A stretch of 64,000 nucleotides of DNA from Alphaproteobacteria bacterium (GTDB lineage Bacteria > Pseudomonadota > Alphaproteobacteria > SP197): NCBI GenBank assembly GCA_964291265.2, contig OZ219747.1:1888001-1952000 (forward strand). The letters are read 5' to 3'. Below, piece by piece: positions 30,148 through 41,420 of the stretch (its first letter is position 1; every line of letters starts with the position of its first letter). The position numbers were made by a program, and so were the translations under genes. The notes under the pieces were generated by a model. The model was not told the DNA's origin and ran no database searches. It worked only from the letters and a program-made list of their open reading frames with translations.

Positions 30148-32066
30148 GTGTGCCAGGCGAACTGGCGGAAGGTAGGGGGTGAAAGTCCCCTGAAACGAAG
30201 GAGTAACCAAACCACGTTTCTCCGCGAGCCGTGCGTCGGTTCCCGCGAGGGGGCAGGCGAAGCGTCGGTAGCGGTACGGATGGGCAGGGCTAATGAGCAC
30301 CGAAAAGTCCGTTGTTCGGGGTGCCGAGGCTTTCGCATCGGTCGAAGGCAACATCGCAGGCATCGATTTGGTGAGATGTCGGCGAGCCCCGCGGTGTCGG
30401 AGAACCCATGCACGTCCGCACGCCTTCTGTTGGGACCCTGGGAGGTCTTCGAACTATCCCGCCTGTCGTGGCGGGACCGTGTAGGGAAAGGAGAAAGCCG
30501 AAGCCTATGAGGAACGGTTTGAAGAAGTCGGATGGGGCCGTAAGACCGGTGAAGGCGGCGAACAAGGGAGCGTCAGCTTCTGCGGAGTCGCTGGAGGAAA
30601 GGGCCTCAACCAAGGGGAATCCGGGACGCCAAAGCACGCACCGAACGCAGTGTCGGGCAAGTGTGCCACAGGCGGCGGACCGGATACGGGAAGCTGCAGA
30701 GAGGAACCCGAAGGAGCGTCTCACTGCACTCTTCCATCACATTACGCCGGACGCGCTCCGGGCGGCCTACTTCGGTTTGAAGAAGGAAGCCTCGGCAGGT
30801 GTCGACGGCGTGACGTGGGCGGCGTATGGCGAGGGTCTGGACGAGCGCTTGCTTGATCTGCACTCGCGCCTGCATCGTGGGGGAGCGTACCGGGCGCCGC
30901 CGGTTCGGCGGGTTGAGATACCCAAGCCGGACGGCGGGACACGACCGCTCGGGATTGCCGCACTGGAGGACAAGATCGTCCAGAAGGCGGTTGTGGATGT
31001 GATCCTGACACCGATTTATGAGGTGGAGTTCCTTGGCTTCAGCTACGGGTTCCGACCGGGCCGAGGGGCGCATGACGCTCTCGACGCCCTGGCGTTCGGG
31101 ATCGAGCGGCGCAAGGTCAACTGGATAGTCGACGCGGACATTCAGGGGTACTTCGACACAATCCCGAGGGATTGGTTGATCAAGTTCCTGGAGCATCGCA
31201 TTGGCGACAGGCGGGTGATCCGTCTGATCCGCAAGTGGCTGAACGCTGGCGTCATGACCGACGGATCATGGAGCGACACCGGTGCGGGCACGCCTCAGGG
31301 CGCCATTGTCAGCCCCTGCCTGGCGAACGTGTTTCTGCACTACGTGCTCGATCTGTGGTTTCACAAGGCATGGCGTCCGAAGGTTCCGAACGGTAAAGCG
31401 ATCATTGTCCGCTACGCGGACGATATTGTGGTCGGGTTCCAGCATAAGCGGGATGCGGAGACATACCTTCGCGACGTTCGGGAGAGGCTGGACCGCTTTG
31501 GTCTCACCCTTCACCCGGACAAGACCCGTCTCGTTGAGTTTGGACGGTTTGCCAAGGCGAACCGGCGATCTCGCGGGGCGGGCAGGCCGGAGACGTTCGA
31601 CTTCCTGGGCTTCACGCACTTCTGCACGGAGACCCGGAGAGGACGCTTCAGGCTTGGTCGCAAGCCGGTCGCAAAACGGGTCGCAAGGACCCTGGCGCGC
31701 ATCGAGGAGGTGCTTCGCAATCGACGGCATCACGACATATGGGAGGTCGGCATGTGGCTTGGGCGAGTTGTCAATGGCTGGTCCAACTACTTCGCCGTTC
31801 CGGGGTCGACCCGATGGCTGCGCACGTTCCGCCAAAGGCTGCAACGCCTATGGCTGCGAGCGATCCGCCGCCGCTCCCAGCGCCACTGCTTTGACTGGAA
31901 GCGATTGGAGCGCATGACCGAGCTTCTTTGGCCGCGCGTCTCCATCCGCCACCCATGGCCGGACCAGCGGTTTACCGTCAAGCACCCGAGGTAGGAGCCG
32001 GATGGATTAACGTCCATGTCCGGATCTGTGCGGGGGGTGCGCAGCAATGCGCATCCCTACCGCGAC
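30148..32066 (+). mobile_element. Group II intron, copy 2
   Basis: Appears identical to copy 1; excision restores KTVWMR|GLDRRW. Confidence 0.95.
30663..31994 (+). CDS. ltrA: Group II intron reverse transcriptase/maturase
   Basis: Identical translation to copy 1 (YADD). Confidence 0.95.
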   Translation: MPQAADRIREAAERNPKERLTALFHHITPDALRAAYFGLKKEASAGVDGVTWAAYGEGLDERLLDLHSRLHRGGAYRAPPVRRVEIPKPDGGTRPLGIAALEDKIVQKAVVDVILTPIYEVEFLGFSYGFRPGRGAHDALDALAFGIERRKVNWIVDADIQGYFDTIPRDWLIKFLEHRIGDRRVIRLIRKWLNAGVMTDGSWSDTGAGTPQGAIVSPCLANVFLHYVLDLWFHKAWRPKVPNGKAIIVRYADDIVVGFQHKRDAETYLRDVRERLDRFGLTLHPDKTRLVEFGRFAKANRRSRGAGRPETFDFLGFTHFCTETRRGRFRLGRKPVAKRVARTLARIEEVLRNRRHHDIWEVGMWLGRVVNGWSNYFAVPGSTRWLRTFRQRLQRLWLRAIRRRSQRHCFDWKRLERMTELLWPRVSIRHPWPDQRFTVKHPR

Positions 32067-33559
32067 CGGTCTGGATCGGCGCTGGCGACGCAAGCTGGGA
32101 GTGGGTCCGGTCGACCCTTCCGGGTCGCTGGGACCCGGAGACGGTCTGGATGCTGCGGTGTGGGCGGTGAACGAATTCGGAGGGGCTCCCTTGGGTGACA
32201 AGCGACTGTCGGCACGCCTGGTGAAGAGTGCGGCTCTTCTGGCCTCCTGTCCCGGTTCCAAGATTCACGCGAGCACGGATGCCGACAACACGGCGATCAG
32301 TGCTTTCTACCGCCTGATCGAGAAGCCGGTGGAGAGTGCGGTGACGGTGGCGAACATTCTTGCTCCGCATCGGGAGCGCACGATCCGGCGCATCCAGGGT
32401 CAAACGACCGTGCTGGCGATCCAGGACGGGAGCGACCTCAATTTCTCCCGGCGGCCGGGATGCGAAGGTCTTCAGGTCATCGGCAAGAACCAGACCTCCT
32501 CGTCGGCCCGGGTTTGCACCTGCATGCGACGCTGGCGGTGAGCGAGACGGGGTTGCCGCTCGGGGTTCTGCGTCTGGGGTTCGATGCGGTGAAGCAGCGC
32601 TCCCCGGCGGCCGAGGAGCGGTTGAAGAGCCGACGCTGGATGGAAGGCTTCAAGGACATCGACGAAGCGGTTCGCGACATCGCAAGCACGACGCGCGTGA
32701 TCTCGGTCTGTGATCGGGAAGCGGACTTCTTCGAGCTGTTCGATCATCAACGTCTCAACCCACGGGTCGGGCTTCTGGTCCGAGCCCGACATGACCGGGT
32801 TCTCGGCAAGGGGCGCGCAAAGCTGTTTGCAACCTTGAGCGCAGGCCCGCCCGACGGCGGCGTCACCGTCGAGGTCGACGGCCTGAGCGAGCGTCCGAAG
32901 GCGAGCCGAACGAAGGCGCGGGCGGCCCGACGCAAACGCGTGGCTCAGTGCGCACTGCGGTTCCGCCGCGTGACCTTGCCCTCCACCCTCGAAGGCCGGG
33001 CGCCGCTCGCCCTTTCCGGTGTCCACATCATCGAAACCGATCCTCCCGAAGGCGAGAACCCGGTGCAGTGGTTCCTGCTCACCACGCTCAAGGTGCGCAG
33101 CGCCGAGGACGCCGCCAGGATGGTTGGCTTCTACCTCCAGAGGTGGAAGGTCGAAGACTTCTTCCGCGTCCTCAAGTCAGGCTGTCGCACCGAGTTCCTG
33201 CTGTTCCGGACCGCAGAACGACTGCAGCGGGCCATCGCCATCAACGCCGTCATCGCCTGGCGCATCATGGTCATGACCCTGCTCGGACGGCAGGTTCCCG
33301 ACTGTGAGCCCGAGCTGATGTTCACCGATCAGGAGCTGAGCTTCCTGCGCGACTACGCCGCCGAGAAGCGCATGACGCCGCCCGACCGCCTCGGGGATGC
33401 CGTCCGCCTGGTGGCCCATCTCGGCGGGTACCAGGATCGCAAGCATGATCCCGAGCCCGGACACCAAGTCATGTGGCACGGCGCGACCCGTCTGACCAGC
33501 GCCGTTCTTGGCCATCAAGTCGGCTTCCGGGCCGGACAGCGGCAACCCTTGCAACACAT

Positions 33560-34546
33560 TCAGGCTCTCGACGTCACGTCGTAATTGTCATTACTCGGCA
33601 GACCTAGACCCTTGGCGGATGTCATGACAGGCCCTGTCTTCTGGACCTGGGCCTCGCGCCACAACACGTAGAGCCCGCTCATCATGAGGACTGCGGCGCC
33701 GATTGCCACGGTCCAGTCCGGCAGGTCGCCCCAGATGAGATAGCCGAACACGATGGCCCAGATCATCGCCGTGTAGTCGAAAGGCGCCAGGACCTGGGGA
33801 GGAGCGAGCGCACAAGCCCGGACCGCGGTGAGCTGGGCGACCATGACCGTAACCCCGCATGCAACCATGACCAGAAGGGCCTCGATCGAGGGCATGATCC
33901 ACTCGAAGGGAGCGAACACGGGCATGGTCATCACATAGATGCCGTTCAGCAGGAAGACCGTGGTGGTCGCCGCTTCGGTGCGGCTCACGATCCTCGTCAC
34001 GATGATGGCAAGGGCATAGGCGAGCGCCGAGCACAGCGCCCACAACGCCGCGATCTGGAAGATGCCGGTGGAGGGATTGACGATGATGAGGACGCCACAG
34101 AGACCGATGCCCACCGCTGTCCAGCGGCGCGGTCCGACCCGCTCTCCGAGCAACGGTACGCTGAGCGCCGTCATCAGCAAGGGCGAGGCAAACGAGACCG
34201 CCGTGGCGTCGGGAAGCGAGATGTGACGTACCGCCTCGATGAAACAGCTGAGCGCGACGAAGAAGCAGAGGAACCGTGCGACATGCATGCGCCAGCGCCG
34301 GGTTCTGAACGGAGTGCCGAGACCCGGACCGCGCCACAGCAGGAGCGTGGTGCCGACCACCACGACCACCGAGCGAATGAACAGGATCTGCGAGAAGTGG
34401 TAATCCGCGGCGAGCCACTTGAGGGCCGCCATCTGCGCCATGAAGAGGATGGTGGCGAACAGCCACAGACCGATCGCGGTGACGGGTGCGTTCCGGTAAC
34501 CGCCGCCCGGGTCAGTCGTTCCGTTGCCGGGGGAACGGAGCCGCAT
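33560..34546 (-). CDS. DMT/EamA-family transporter (C-terminus replaced by IS end)
   Basis: About 10 hydrophobic helices, LLGERVGPRRW, LAPFDY, WGDLP. Confidence 0.9.
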   Translation of the reverse strand: MRLRSPGNGTTDPGGGYRNAPVTAIGLWLFATILFMAQMAALKWLAADYHFSQILFIRSVVVVVGTTLLLWRGPGLGTPFRTRRWRMHVARFLCFFVALSCFIEAVRHISLPDATAVSFASPLLMTALSVPLLGERVGPRRWTAVGIGLCGVLIIVNPSTGIFQIAALWALCSALAYALAIIVTRIVSRTEAATTTVFLLNGIYVMTMPVFAPFEWIMPSIEALLVMVACGVTVMVAQLTAVRACALAPPQVLAPFDYTAMIWAIVFGYLIWGDLPDWTVAIGAAVLMMSGLYVLWREAQVQKTGPVMTSAKGLGLPSNDNYDVTSRA

Positions 34547-34719
34547 GTGCCTGGATTATCCCATGGCCGGATGTTGAGGACAGGGAGGGGACTTGTTTGG
34601 TATCGTCATCATGATGGCGTTGGTTTCCGGGCGTCCACGAGGGATGATGCGCGTGTGGTTCGGGGTCGCCTGCCCCGTCGGCCGATGGAGGACCGACCGC
34701 GCATGGTGCAGGATACTCA

Positions 34720-35499
34720 CGAACATCGACAAGTCACGCAGCGGTCGCTCCCCGGCAGCCGCACGAAGGCTCGCGGCCGCGTGCATTCGTGCGGAACACG
34801 ATTCTCGGGTCAGCGGAACAGCTTCATGCCATCGCCGGCATGTCGTTCTCCACGCCGGGCAGGGCTTTCACCCGGCTGCGCAGGGTGGCGCCGTGGTTGC
34901 AGGAGATGCCGTTCGAGCCCGTTCGCCATGTCCTCAGGTGCCGTGCTGGATGCCTGGCAGGCGCCCCCACTTCAAGCGGGGTGATGTTCGATGACGCTCC
35001 CGGACAATGTTCGCATCCGCGGTGGCATGCTGCAGGTCCCGAAGATCGGGCCGATGCGGCTTCGCCGCCGGGGAAGAACCCTCAACCCCGGGCGGGCCGG
35101 TGCAGGCGGTGATCAGGCAGCGCTGCGGCAAGTGGTCGAGCGGCCCGACGATGGAAACGTGACCGGCCTCGACATGCGCGTGGGGCAGGTGGCTCAACAG
35201 CAACGAGCACATCCACCATCCACCGGATACGCGCGGCCTCGAAGCCCGCAGACGGCGAGCCAGCTTGCGCGGTTCCCGGCGTCGCAAGATGACGCGGCTT
35301 GCCGGACCGAATCGCCATGAGCCGCCGCAGCTGGCAGGATCATGTTTCTCGGGCCGTGGCTGGCGGAACCGTCGTCACTGAAGACCTCGACACACAGGCC
35401 ATGACGCGAAGGGAATGGTCGAGCGCCCCGGGACGAACGTGAAGGCGAAGTCCGGGCTGAACCGTGAAGTCCTCGCCACCGGCGGGGGGGGGTACGGTG
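34720..35499 (+). pseudogene. tnpB: Degraded IS200/IS605 TnpB (RNA-guided endonuclease), truncated by IS66
   Basis: Fragments in shifting frames: FTRLRRVAPWLQEMPF, LQVPKIGPMRLRR, GLDM, TEDLDTQAMT, GTNVKAKSGLNREVLATG. Confidence 0.7.
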
Positions 35500-36667
35500 G
35501 TAAGCGTTCGGCCACGCGGTGATTGTTGGTGATATTCACCGGTTGAGGATGCGTTTGGGAGGCGCACCACGTGGCGGTTCGCTGTTGGGTCCGAAGACGA
35601 TGGGTCCGGGTCGGGTTGCTCGTCGTTGGGGTGGCGGCAGGGTGATGAGGCCGTCGCGGTGCATGGCCAGAAAGGCGACATTCGCCATCATGTTCTTGAG
35701 GCCCCGTCGGGCTTGTATCAGCCGGTCTCGCGGCAGAAGGCGCGGGCGATGGCCGCACGGGTGGGGTGCTGGGTGATCAGGGAGCGCAACAGCGCCATCT
35801 CGTGCGCGGTGAAGTCACGGCCGTCGTAACGGCACTCGATCACCCCGGTTCCATGAGGTCCCTTCGACGCTCCGGGGTCATCGACCATGGCAGCCACGGG
35901 TCGAGGTCATCCGGCGGCTTGCCGCCGTTCTGCGCGCAGGCCTCAAGCCACTCATGAAGCCAGCGCCGAACATTGATGTTGTTCATGGCAAGGGTGCCGA
36001 TGACCGAGTACATGATGGCGGTGAAGGCGGCGCCCTCCTCGCTGTCGGAGCCGAAGCTCAGCTTTCTCGCGGTCACCGCACCCCGGAGGGTTCTCTCGGC
36101 AAAGTTGTTGTCCATGGGCACCTGGGGGTGGTCGACAAAGACGCACAGTCCCTCGCGGTGACGGATCAGGGAACGCAAGGGCTTCGCTTCGCGTGCACCC
36201 TCGGGCAAGGCGTCGAGTTCCTCCTGAGCCTGCCTGAACAGCGCCTCGACAGCCGCACGAAGGTCCTTCTGCAGGGCATTGAACCTCGCTGACTGACGCT
36301 TGCGTGCGGGATCGTAGTGCTTCAGCCGTTGCCCATTCAGTGTGTAGATCAGCGCGATCCTGTCGAGCCACTTGTCGCACCACTCTTCCAGCCCCTCTTG
36401 GCCTGCCGCAGCCTCGATCACATCGCGCCTGGAGTGCGCCCAGCAAAGGCAGAGGATCACCTTGCCATCAAGCTCACGCTCCAGTTTCCTGTAGACCACG
36501 TAGCGGTCGCAAACAAGGAAGACGACACCTTCGGTGGAGGCGAACAGCACCATGGCCACCCGGGTGCTGCGTGACGGGTCGATAAGGAAGAAGACGGAGT
36601 CGGCGCTGACCGCGGTCCACAGCCAGGCCTTCTGCGAGCGCCCCGAGGCCTTGAGGGACTGGATGCG
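35500..36667 (-). mobile_element. IS66 half (3' tnpC at 35840-36667 plus right end)
   Basis: GTAAGCGTTCGGCC at 35500; near-identical to 22675-23842. Confidence 0.9.
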
Positions 36668-38586
36668 GTGTGCCAGGCGAACTGGCGGAAGGTAGGGGGT
36701 GAAAGTCCCCTGAAACGAAGGAGTAACCAAACCACGTTTCTCCGCGAGCCGTGCGTCGGTTCCCGCGAGGGGGCAGGCGAAGCGTCGGTAGCGGTACGGA
36801 TGGGCAGGGCTAATGAGCACCGAAAAGTCCGTTGTTCGGGGTGCCGAGGCTTTCGCATCGGTCGAAGGCAACATCGCAGGCATCGATTTGGTGAGATGTC
36901 GGCGAGCCCCGCGGTGTCGGAGAACCCATGCACGTCCGCACGCCTTCTGTTGGGACCCTGGGAGGTCTTCGAACTATCCCGCCTGTCGTGGCGGGACCGT
37001 GTAGGGAAAGGAGAAAGCCGAAGCCTATGAGGAACGGTTTGAAGAAGTCGGATGGGGCCGTAAGACCGGTGAAGGCGGCGAACAAGGGAGCGTCAGCTTC
37101 TGCGGAGTCGCTGGAGGAAAGGGCCTCAACCAAGGGGAATCCGGGACGCCAAAGCACGCACCGAACGCAGTGTCGGGCAAGTGTGCCACAGGCGGCGGAC
37201 CGGATACGGGAAGCTGCAGAGAGGAACCCGAAGGAGCGTCTCACTGCACTCTTCCATCACATTACGCCGGACGCGCTCCGGGCGGCCTACTTCGGTTTGA
37301 AGAAGGAAGCCTCGGCAGGTGTCGACGGCGTGACGTGGGCGGCGTATGGCGAGGGTCTGGACGAGCGCTTGCTTGATCTGCACTCGCGCCTGCATCGTGG
37401 GGGAGCGTACCGGGCGCCGCCGGTTCGGCGGGTTGAGATACCCAAGCCGGACGGCGGGACACGACCGCTCGGGATTGCCGCACTGGAGGACAAGATCGTC
37501 CAGAAGGCGGTTGTGGATGTGATCCTGACACCGATTTATGAGGTGGAGTTCCTTGGCTTCAGCTACGGGTTCCGACCGGGCCGAGGGGCGCATGACGCTC
37601 TCGACGCCCTGGCGTTCGGGATCGAGCGGCGCAAGGTCAACTGGATAGTCGACGCGGACATTCAGGGGTACTTCGACACAATCCCGAGGGATTGGTTGAT
37701 CAAGTTCCTGGAGCATCGCATTGGCGACAGGCGGGTGATCCGTCTGATCCGCAAGTGGCTGAACGCTGGCGTCATGACCGACGGATCATGGAGCGACACC
37801 GGTGCGGGCACGCCTCAGGGCGCCATTGTCAGCCCCTGCCTGGCGAACGTGTTTCTGCACTACGTGCTCGATCTGTGGTTTCACAAGGCATGGCGTCCGA
37901 AGGTTCCGAACGGTAAAGCGATCATTGTCCGCTACGCGGACGATATTGTGGTCGGGTTCCAGCATAAGCGGGATGCGGAGACATACCTTCGCGACGTTCG
38001 GGAGAGGCTGGACCGCTTTGGTCTCACCCTTCACCCGGACAAGACCCGTCTCGTTGAGTTTGGACGGTTTGCCAAGGCGAACCGGCGATCTCGCGGGGCG
38101 GGCAGGCCGGAGACGTTCGACTTCCTGGGCTTCACGCACTTCTGCACGGAGACCCGGAGAGGACGCTTCAGGCTTGGTCGCAAGCCGGTCGCAAAACGGG
38201 TCGCAAGGACCCTGGCGCGCATCGAGGAGGTGCTTCGCAATCGACGGCATCACGACATATGGGAGGTCGGCATGTGGCTTGGGCGAGTTGTCAATGGCTG
38301 GTCCAACTACTTCGCCGTTCCGGGGTCGACCCGATGGCTGCGCACGTTCCGCCAAAGGCTGCAACGCCTATGGCTGCGAGCGATCCGCCGCCGCTCCCAG
38401 CGCCACTGCTTTGACTGGAAGCGATTGGAGCGCATGACCGAGCTTCTTTGGCCGCGCGTCTCCATCCGCCACCCATGGCCGGACCAGCGGTTTACCGTCA
38501 AGCACCCGAGGTAGGAGCCGGATGGATTAACGTCCATGTCCGGATCTGTGCGGGGGGTGCGCAGCAATGCGCATCCCTACCGCGAC
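36668..38586 (+). mobile_element. Group II intron, copy 3 (IS66 5' flank, IS4 3' flank)
   Basis: Appears identical to copies 1 and 2; flanks come from two different IS families. Confidence 0.95.
37183..38514 (+). CDS. ltrA: Group II intron reverse transcriptase/maturase
   Basis: Identical translation to copy 1. Confidence 0.95.
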   Translation: MPQAADRIREAAERNPKERLTALFHHITPDALRAAYFGLKKEASAGVDGVTWAAYGEGLDERLLDLHSRLHRGGAYRAPPVRRVEIPKPDGGTRPLGIAALEDKIVQKAVVDVILTPIYEVEFLGFSYGFRPGRGAHDALDALAFGIERRKVNWIVDADIQGYFDTIPRDWLIKFLEHRIGDRRVIRLIRKWLNAGVMTDGSWSDTGAGTPQGAIVSPCLANVFLHYVLDLWFHKAWRPKVPNGKAIIVRYADDIVVGFQHKRDAETYLRDVRERLDRFGLTLHPDKTRLVEFGRFAKANRRSRGAGRPETFDFLGFTHFCTETRRGRFRLGRKPVAKRVARTLARIEEVLRNRRHHDIWEVGMWLGRVVNGWSNYFAVPGSTRWLRTFRQRLQRLWLRAIRRRSQRHCFDWKRLERMTELLWPRVSIRHPWPDQRFTVKHPR

Positions 38587-40125
38587 CGGTCTGGATCGGC
38601 GCTGGCGACGCAAGCTGGGAGTGGGTCCGGTCGACCCTGCCTGGTCGCTGGGACCCGGAGACGGTCTGGATGGTGCGGTGTGGGCGGCGAACGAATTCGG
38701 AGGGGCTCCCTTGGGTGACAAGCGACTGTCGGCACGCCTGATGAAGAGTGCGGCTCTTCTGGCCTCCTGTCCCGGTTCCAAGATTCACGCGAGCACGGAT
38801 GCCGACAACACGGCGATCAGTGCTTTCTACCGCCTGATCGAGAAGCCGGTGGAGAGTGCGGTGACGGTGGCGAACATTCTTGCTCCGCATCGGGAGCGCA
38901 CGATCCGGCGCATCCAGGGTCAAACGACCGTGCTGGCGATCCAGGACGGGAGCGACCTCAATTTCTCCCGGCGGCCGGGATGCGAAGGTCTTCAGGTCAT
39001 CGGCAAGAACCAGACCTCCTCGTCGGCCCGGGGTCTGCACCTGCATGCGACGCTGGCGGTGAGCGAGACGGGGTTGCCGCTCGGGGTTCTGCGTCTGGGG
39101 TTCGATGCGGTGAAGCAGCGCTCCCCGGCGGCCGAGGAGCGGTTGAAGAGCCGACGCTCGATGGAAGGCTTCAAGGACATCGACGAAGCGGTTCGCGACG
39201 TCGCAAGCACGACGCGCGTGATCTCGGTCTGTGATCGGGAAGCGGACTTCTTCGAGCTGTTCGATCATCAACGTCTCAACCCACGGGTCGGGCTTCTGGT
39301 CCGAGCCCGACATGACCGGGTTCTCGGCAAGGGGCGCGCAAAGCTGTTTGCAACCTTGAGCGCAGGCCCACCCGACGGCGGCGTCACCGTCGAGGTCGAC
39401 GGCCTGAGCGAGCGTCCGAAGGCGAGCCGAACGAAGGCGCGGGCGGCCCGACGCAAACGCGTGGCTCAGTGCGCACTGCGGTTCCGCCTCGTGACCTTGC
39501 CCTCCACCCTCGAAGGCCGGGCGCCACTCGCCCTTTCCGGTGTCCACATCATCGAAACCGATCCTCCCGAGGGCGAGAACCCGGTGCAGTGGTTCCTGCT
39601 CACCACGCTCAAGGTGCGCAGCGCCGAGGATGCCGCCAGGATGGTTGGCTTCTACCTCCAGAGGTGGAAGGTCGAAGACTTCTTCCGCGTCCTCAAGTCA
39701 GGCTGTCGCACCGAGTTCCTGCTGTTCCGGACCGCAGAACGACTGCAGCGGGCCATCGCCATCAACGCCGTCATCGCCTGGCGCATCATGGTCATGACAC
39801 TGCTCGGACGGCAGGTTCCCGACTGTGAGCCCGAGCTGATGTTCACCGATCAAGAGCTGAGCTTCCTGCGCGACTACGCCGCCGAGAAGCGCATGACGCC
39901 GCCCGACCGCCTCGGGGATGCCGTCCGCCTGGTGGCCCATCTCGGCGGGTACCAGGATCGTAAGCATGATCCCGAGCCCGGACACCAGATCATGTGGCAC
40001 GGCGCGACCCGCCTGACCAGCGCCGTTCTTGGCCATCAAGTCGGCTTCCGGGCCGGACAGCGGCAACCCTTGCAACACATTCAGACCCTTGACGTCACGT
40101 CGTAATTGTCATTACTCGGCAGGCC
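38587..40125 (+). mobile_element. IS4-family half (DDE transposase frame to 40105 plus right TIR)
   Basis: Near-identical to 32067-33604 but without the frameshift. Confidence 0.88.
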
Positions 40126-40304
40126 TAGGCATCGGCCATCACGGCGCCGGCGTTCTCGGTGCGACAGGTCATTTGCCGGATGCCGAACTCGGGAGTGGCC
40201 AGAAAGAAGGCCGACGGAATCGACTGGCCGAAAATCGTATCGACCCCGTGGCGGGCGAAGGCGGCGGCAAAGACCCTGGATGCGGAAAGGTTGCTGTCGG
40301 TCAT
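40125..40304 (-). pseudogene. ThDP-dependent enzyme (acetolactate synthase-like), N-terminal fragment truncated by IS4
   Basis: MTDSN...HGVDTIFGQSIP...RTENAGAVMADA* stops at the IS end; start overlaps the PhzF stop. Confidence 0.75.
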
Positions 40305-41206
40305 GGCGGCAGGTGGAGCAGGCCGTCGACGGTCCTGGTGGCCATGCCACCGACCTCGAGGCTGGCGATGGTATCGTTCTCGATGACAGCACGCGAGACA
40401 ATCCTGCTCGCCCGGCCGATCTCGACGCCCTGTTCGGTCCTGACATGGACACGGCCGCCCGGGTCCGGCGACACGATGCGATGGCGTATCAGATAACCGG
40501 CAAGGGCAGCGTTCGTGGTCCCGGCGGCAGCGGACTCGGCCACCCCGACGGCGGGGCAGAAGTCCCTGACGTGGAGTGTCGACCAAGGGTCCAGGGTTTC
40601 GGTGGTGAAGAGAACCACGGTCTCGATTGCGTGGTCGTGGCACAGGGCGGCGATTCCCGGAAAGTCGGGACTGACGCGCTGCATGGCGTCGAGACCGGGA
40701 AGCGGCACGACGAGATGCACGAAGTCGCCGCAGGCGGTTTCAAGGGGATGGTCCCTGGCAAGGATGTCCGGTTCGAGACCCAGGAGACCGGCGAGGCGGT
40801 CCTTGTCGACATCATCGTGGCGGAATGCGGGCGGGGTGACCTCGAGCATGACCAACGGCCTGCTTCCTGAACCGGCCGAGACGGTGACGCGGGTCCGGGA
40901 TCGGGGAAGGCGAAGTTCCACCCTGGAGGGCATGGCGACGTGACCCTGCTCGACCATGCGAGTCATGAGGGCGATGGTGCCATGGCCGCACATCGGGAGT
41001 TCCATGACCGTCGAGCGGAATCGTGCTTCGACGCGTCCCTCGCCCGCGGCGCCGACAAAGCAGACGGCGGGGTACCCGAGTTCGCCGGCGACCCGCGCCA
41101 TGGTGGCCTCGTCCAGTGTTCCGGCATCCGAGACAACGGCGGCCTGGCTTCCCCCGAAGGGGGTGTCGCTGAAGGCATCGTAGAGAGCAAGGGGAAGGGA
41201 TGTCAT
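40301..41206 (-). CDS. PhzF-family isomerase/epimerase
   Basis: DAFSDTPFGG, ELPMCGHGT, ESAAAGT, EQGVEIGR. Confidence 0.9.
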   Translation of the reverse strand: MTSLPLALYDAFSDTPFGGSQAAVVSDAGTLDEATMARVAGELGYPAVCFVGAAGEGRVEARFRSTVMELPMCGHGTIALMTRMVEQGHVAMPSRVELRLPRSRTRVTVSAGSGSRPLVMLEVTPPAFRHDDVDKDRLAGLLGLEPDILARDHPLETACGDFVHLVVPLPGLDAMQRVSPDFPGIAALCHDHAIETVVLFTTETLDPWSTLHVRDFCPAVGVAESAAAGTTNAALAGYLIRHRIVSPDPGGRVHVRTEQGVEIGRASRIVSRAVIENDTIASLEVGGMATRTVDGLLHLPP

Positions 41207-41420
41207 GGAGGATCCCGGTTCGTCTTCCCTCTCGTATCCGCAACGGTCCCGTTACCGAACCACGGATTATCAGAAGACATCATTCATAACATAAGGTTAT
41301 ACGACAACTCCGGTGGAATTCAGACTGGCATGAAATGGTGCTTGTTCCAACATTGGACCTGGCACTATGCTTGCGAGGTGTGGAACGTTCGATTGAACTT
41401 GAGAAGGAGGAGAGTATCAA

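Larger units (their letters stand above)
29327..33584 (+). pseudogene. DUF4338-IS4 (Tn5-like) transposase split by sense intron; 1-nt frameshift near 32511
   Basis: EHPHG, LSRFLL, GRTKGRGRQD | EFGGAPLGDKRL, IQDGSDLNF, DREAD, YLQRWKVEDFFRVLKSGC. GGG here vs GGGG in the second copy. Confidence 0.88.
29265..33604 (+). mobile_element. IS4-family element with DUF4338 domain, containing group II intron copy 2
   Basis: TIRs GACCTGCCATGTCATGAAAATTA vs GGTCTGCCGAGTAATGACAATTA, flanked by (C)TA(G) on both sides. Confidence 0.85.

Noticed and set aside
30135-32076. CGGTCTGGAT on both sides of intron copy 2 as a target-site duplication
   Set aside because: Group II introns do not create TSDs, the repeat is offset from the junction, and the ligated exons read continuously (KTVWMRGLDRRW).
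34720-35499. TnpB as a functional RNA-guided nuclease
   Set aside because: Multiple frameshifts and deletions; the 3' end and omegaRNA region are lost to the IS66 insertion.
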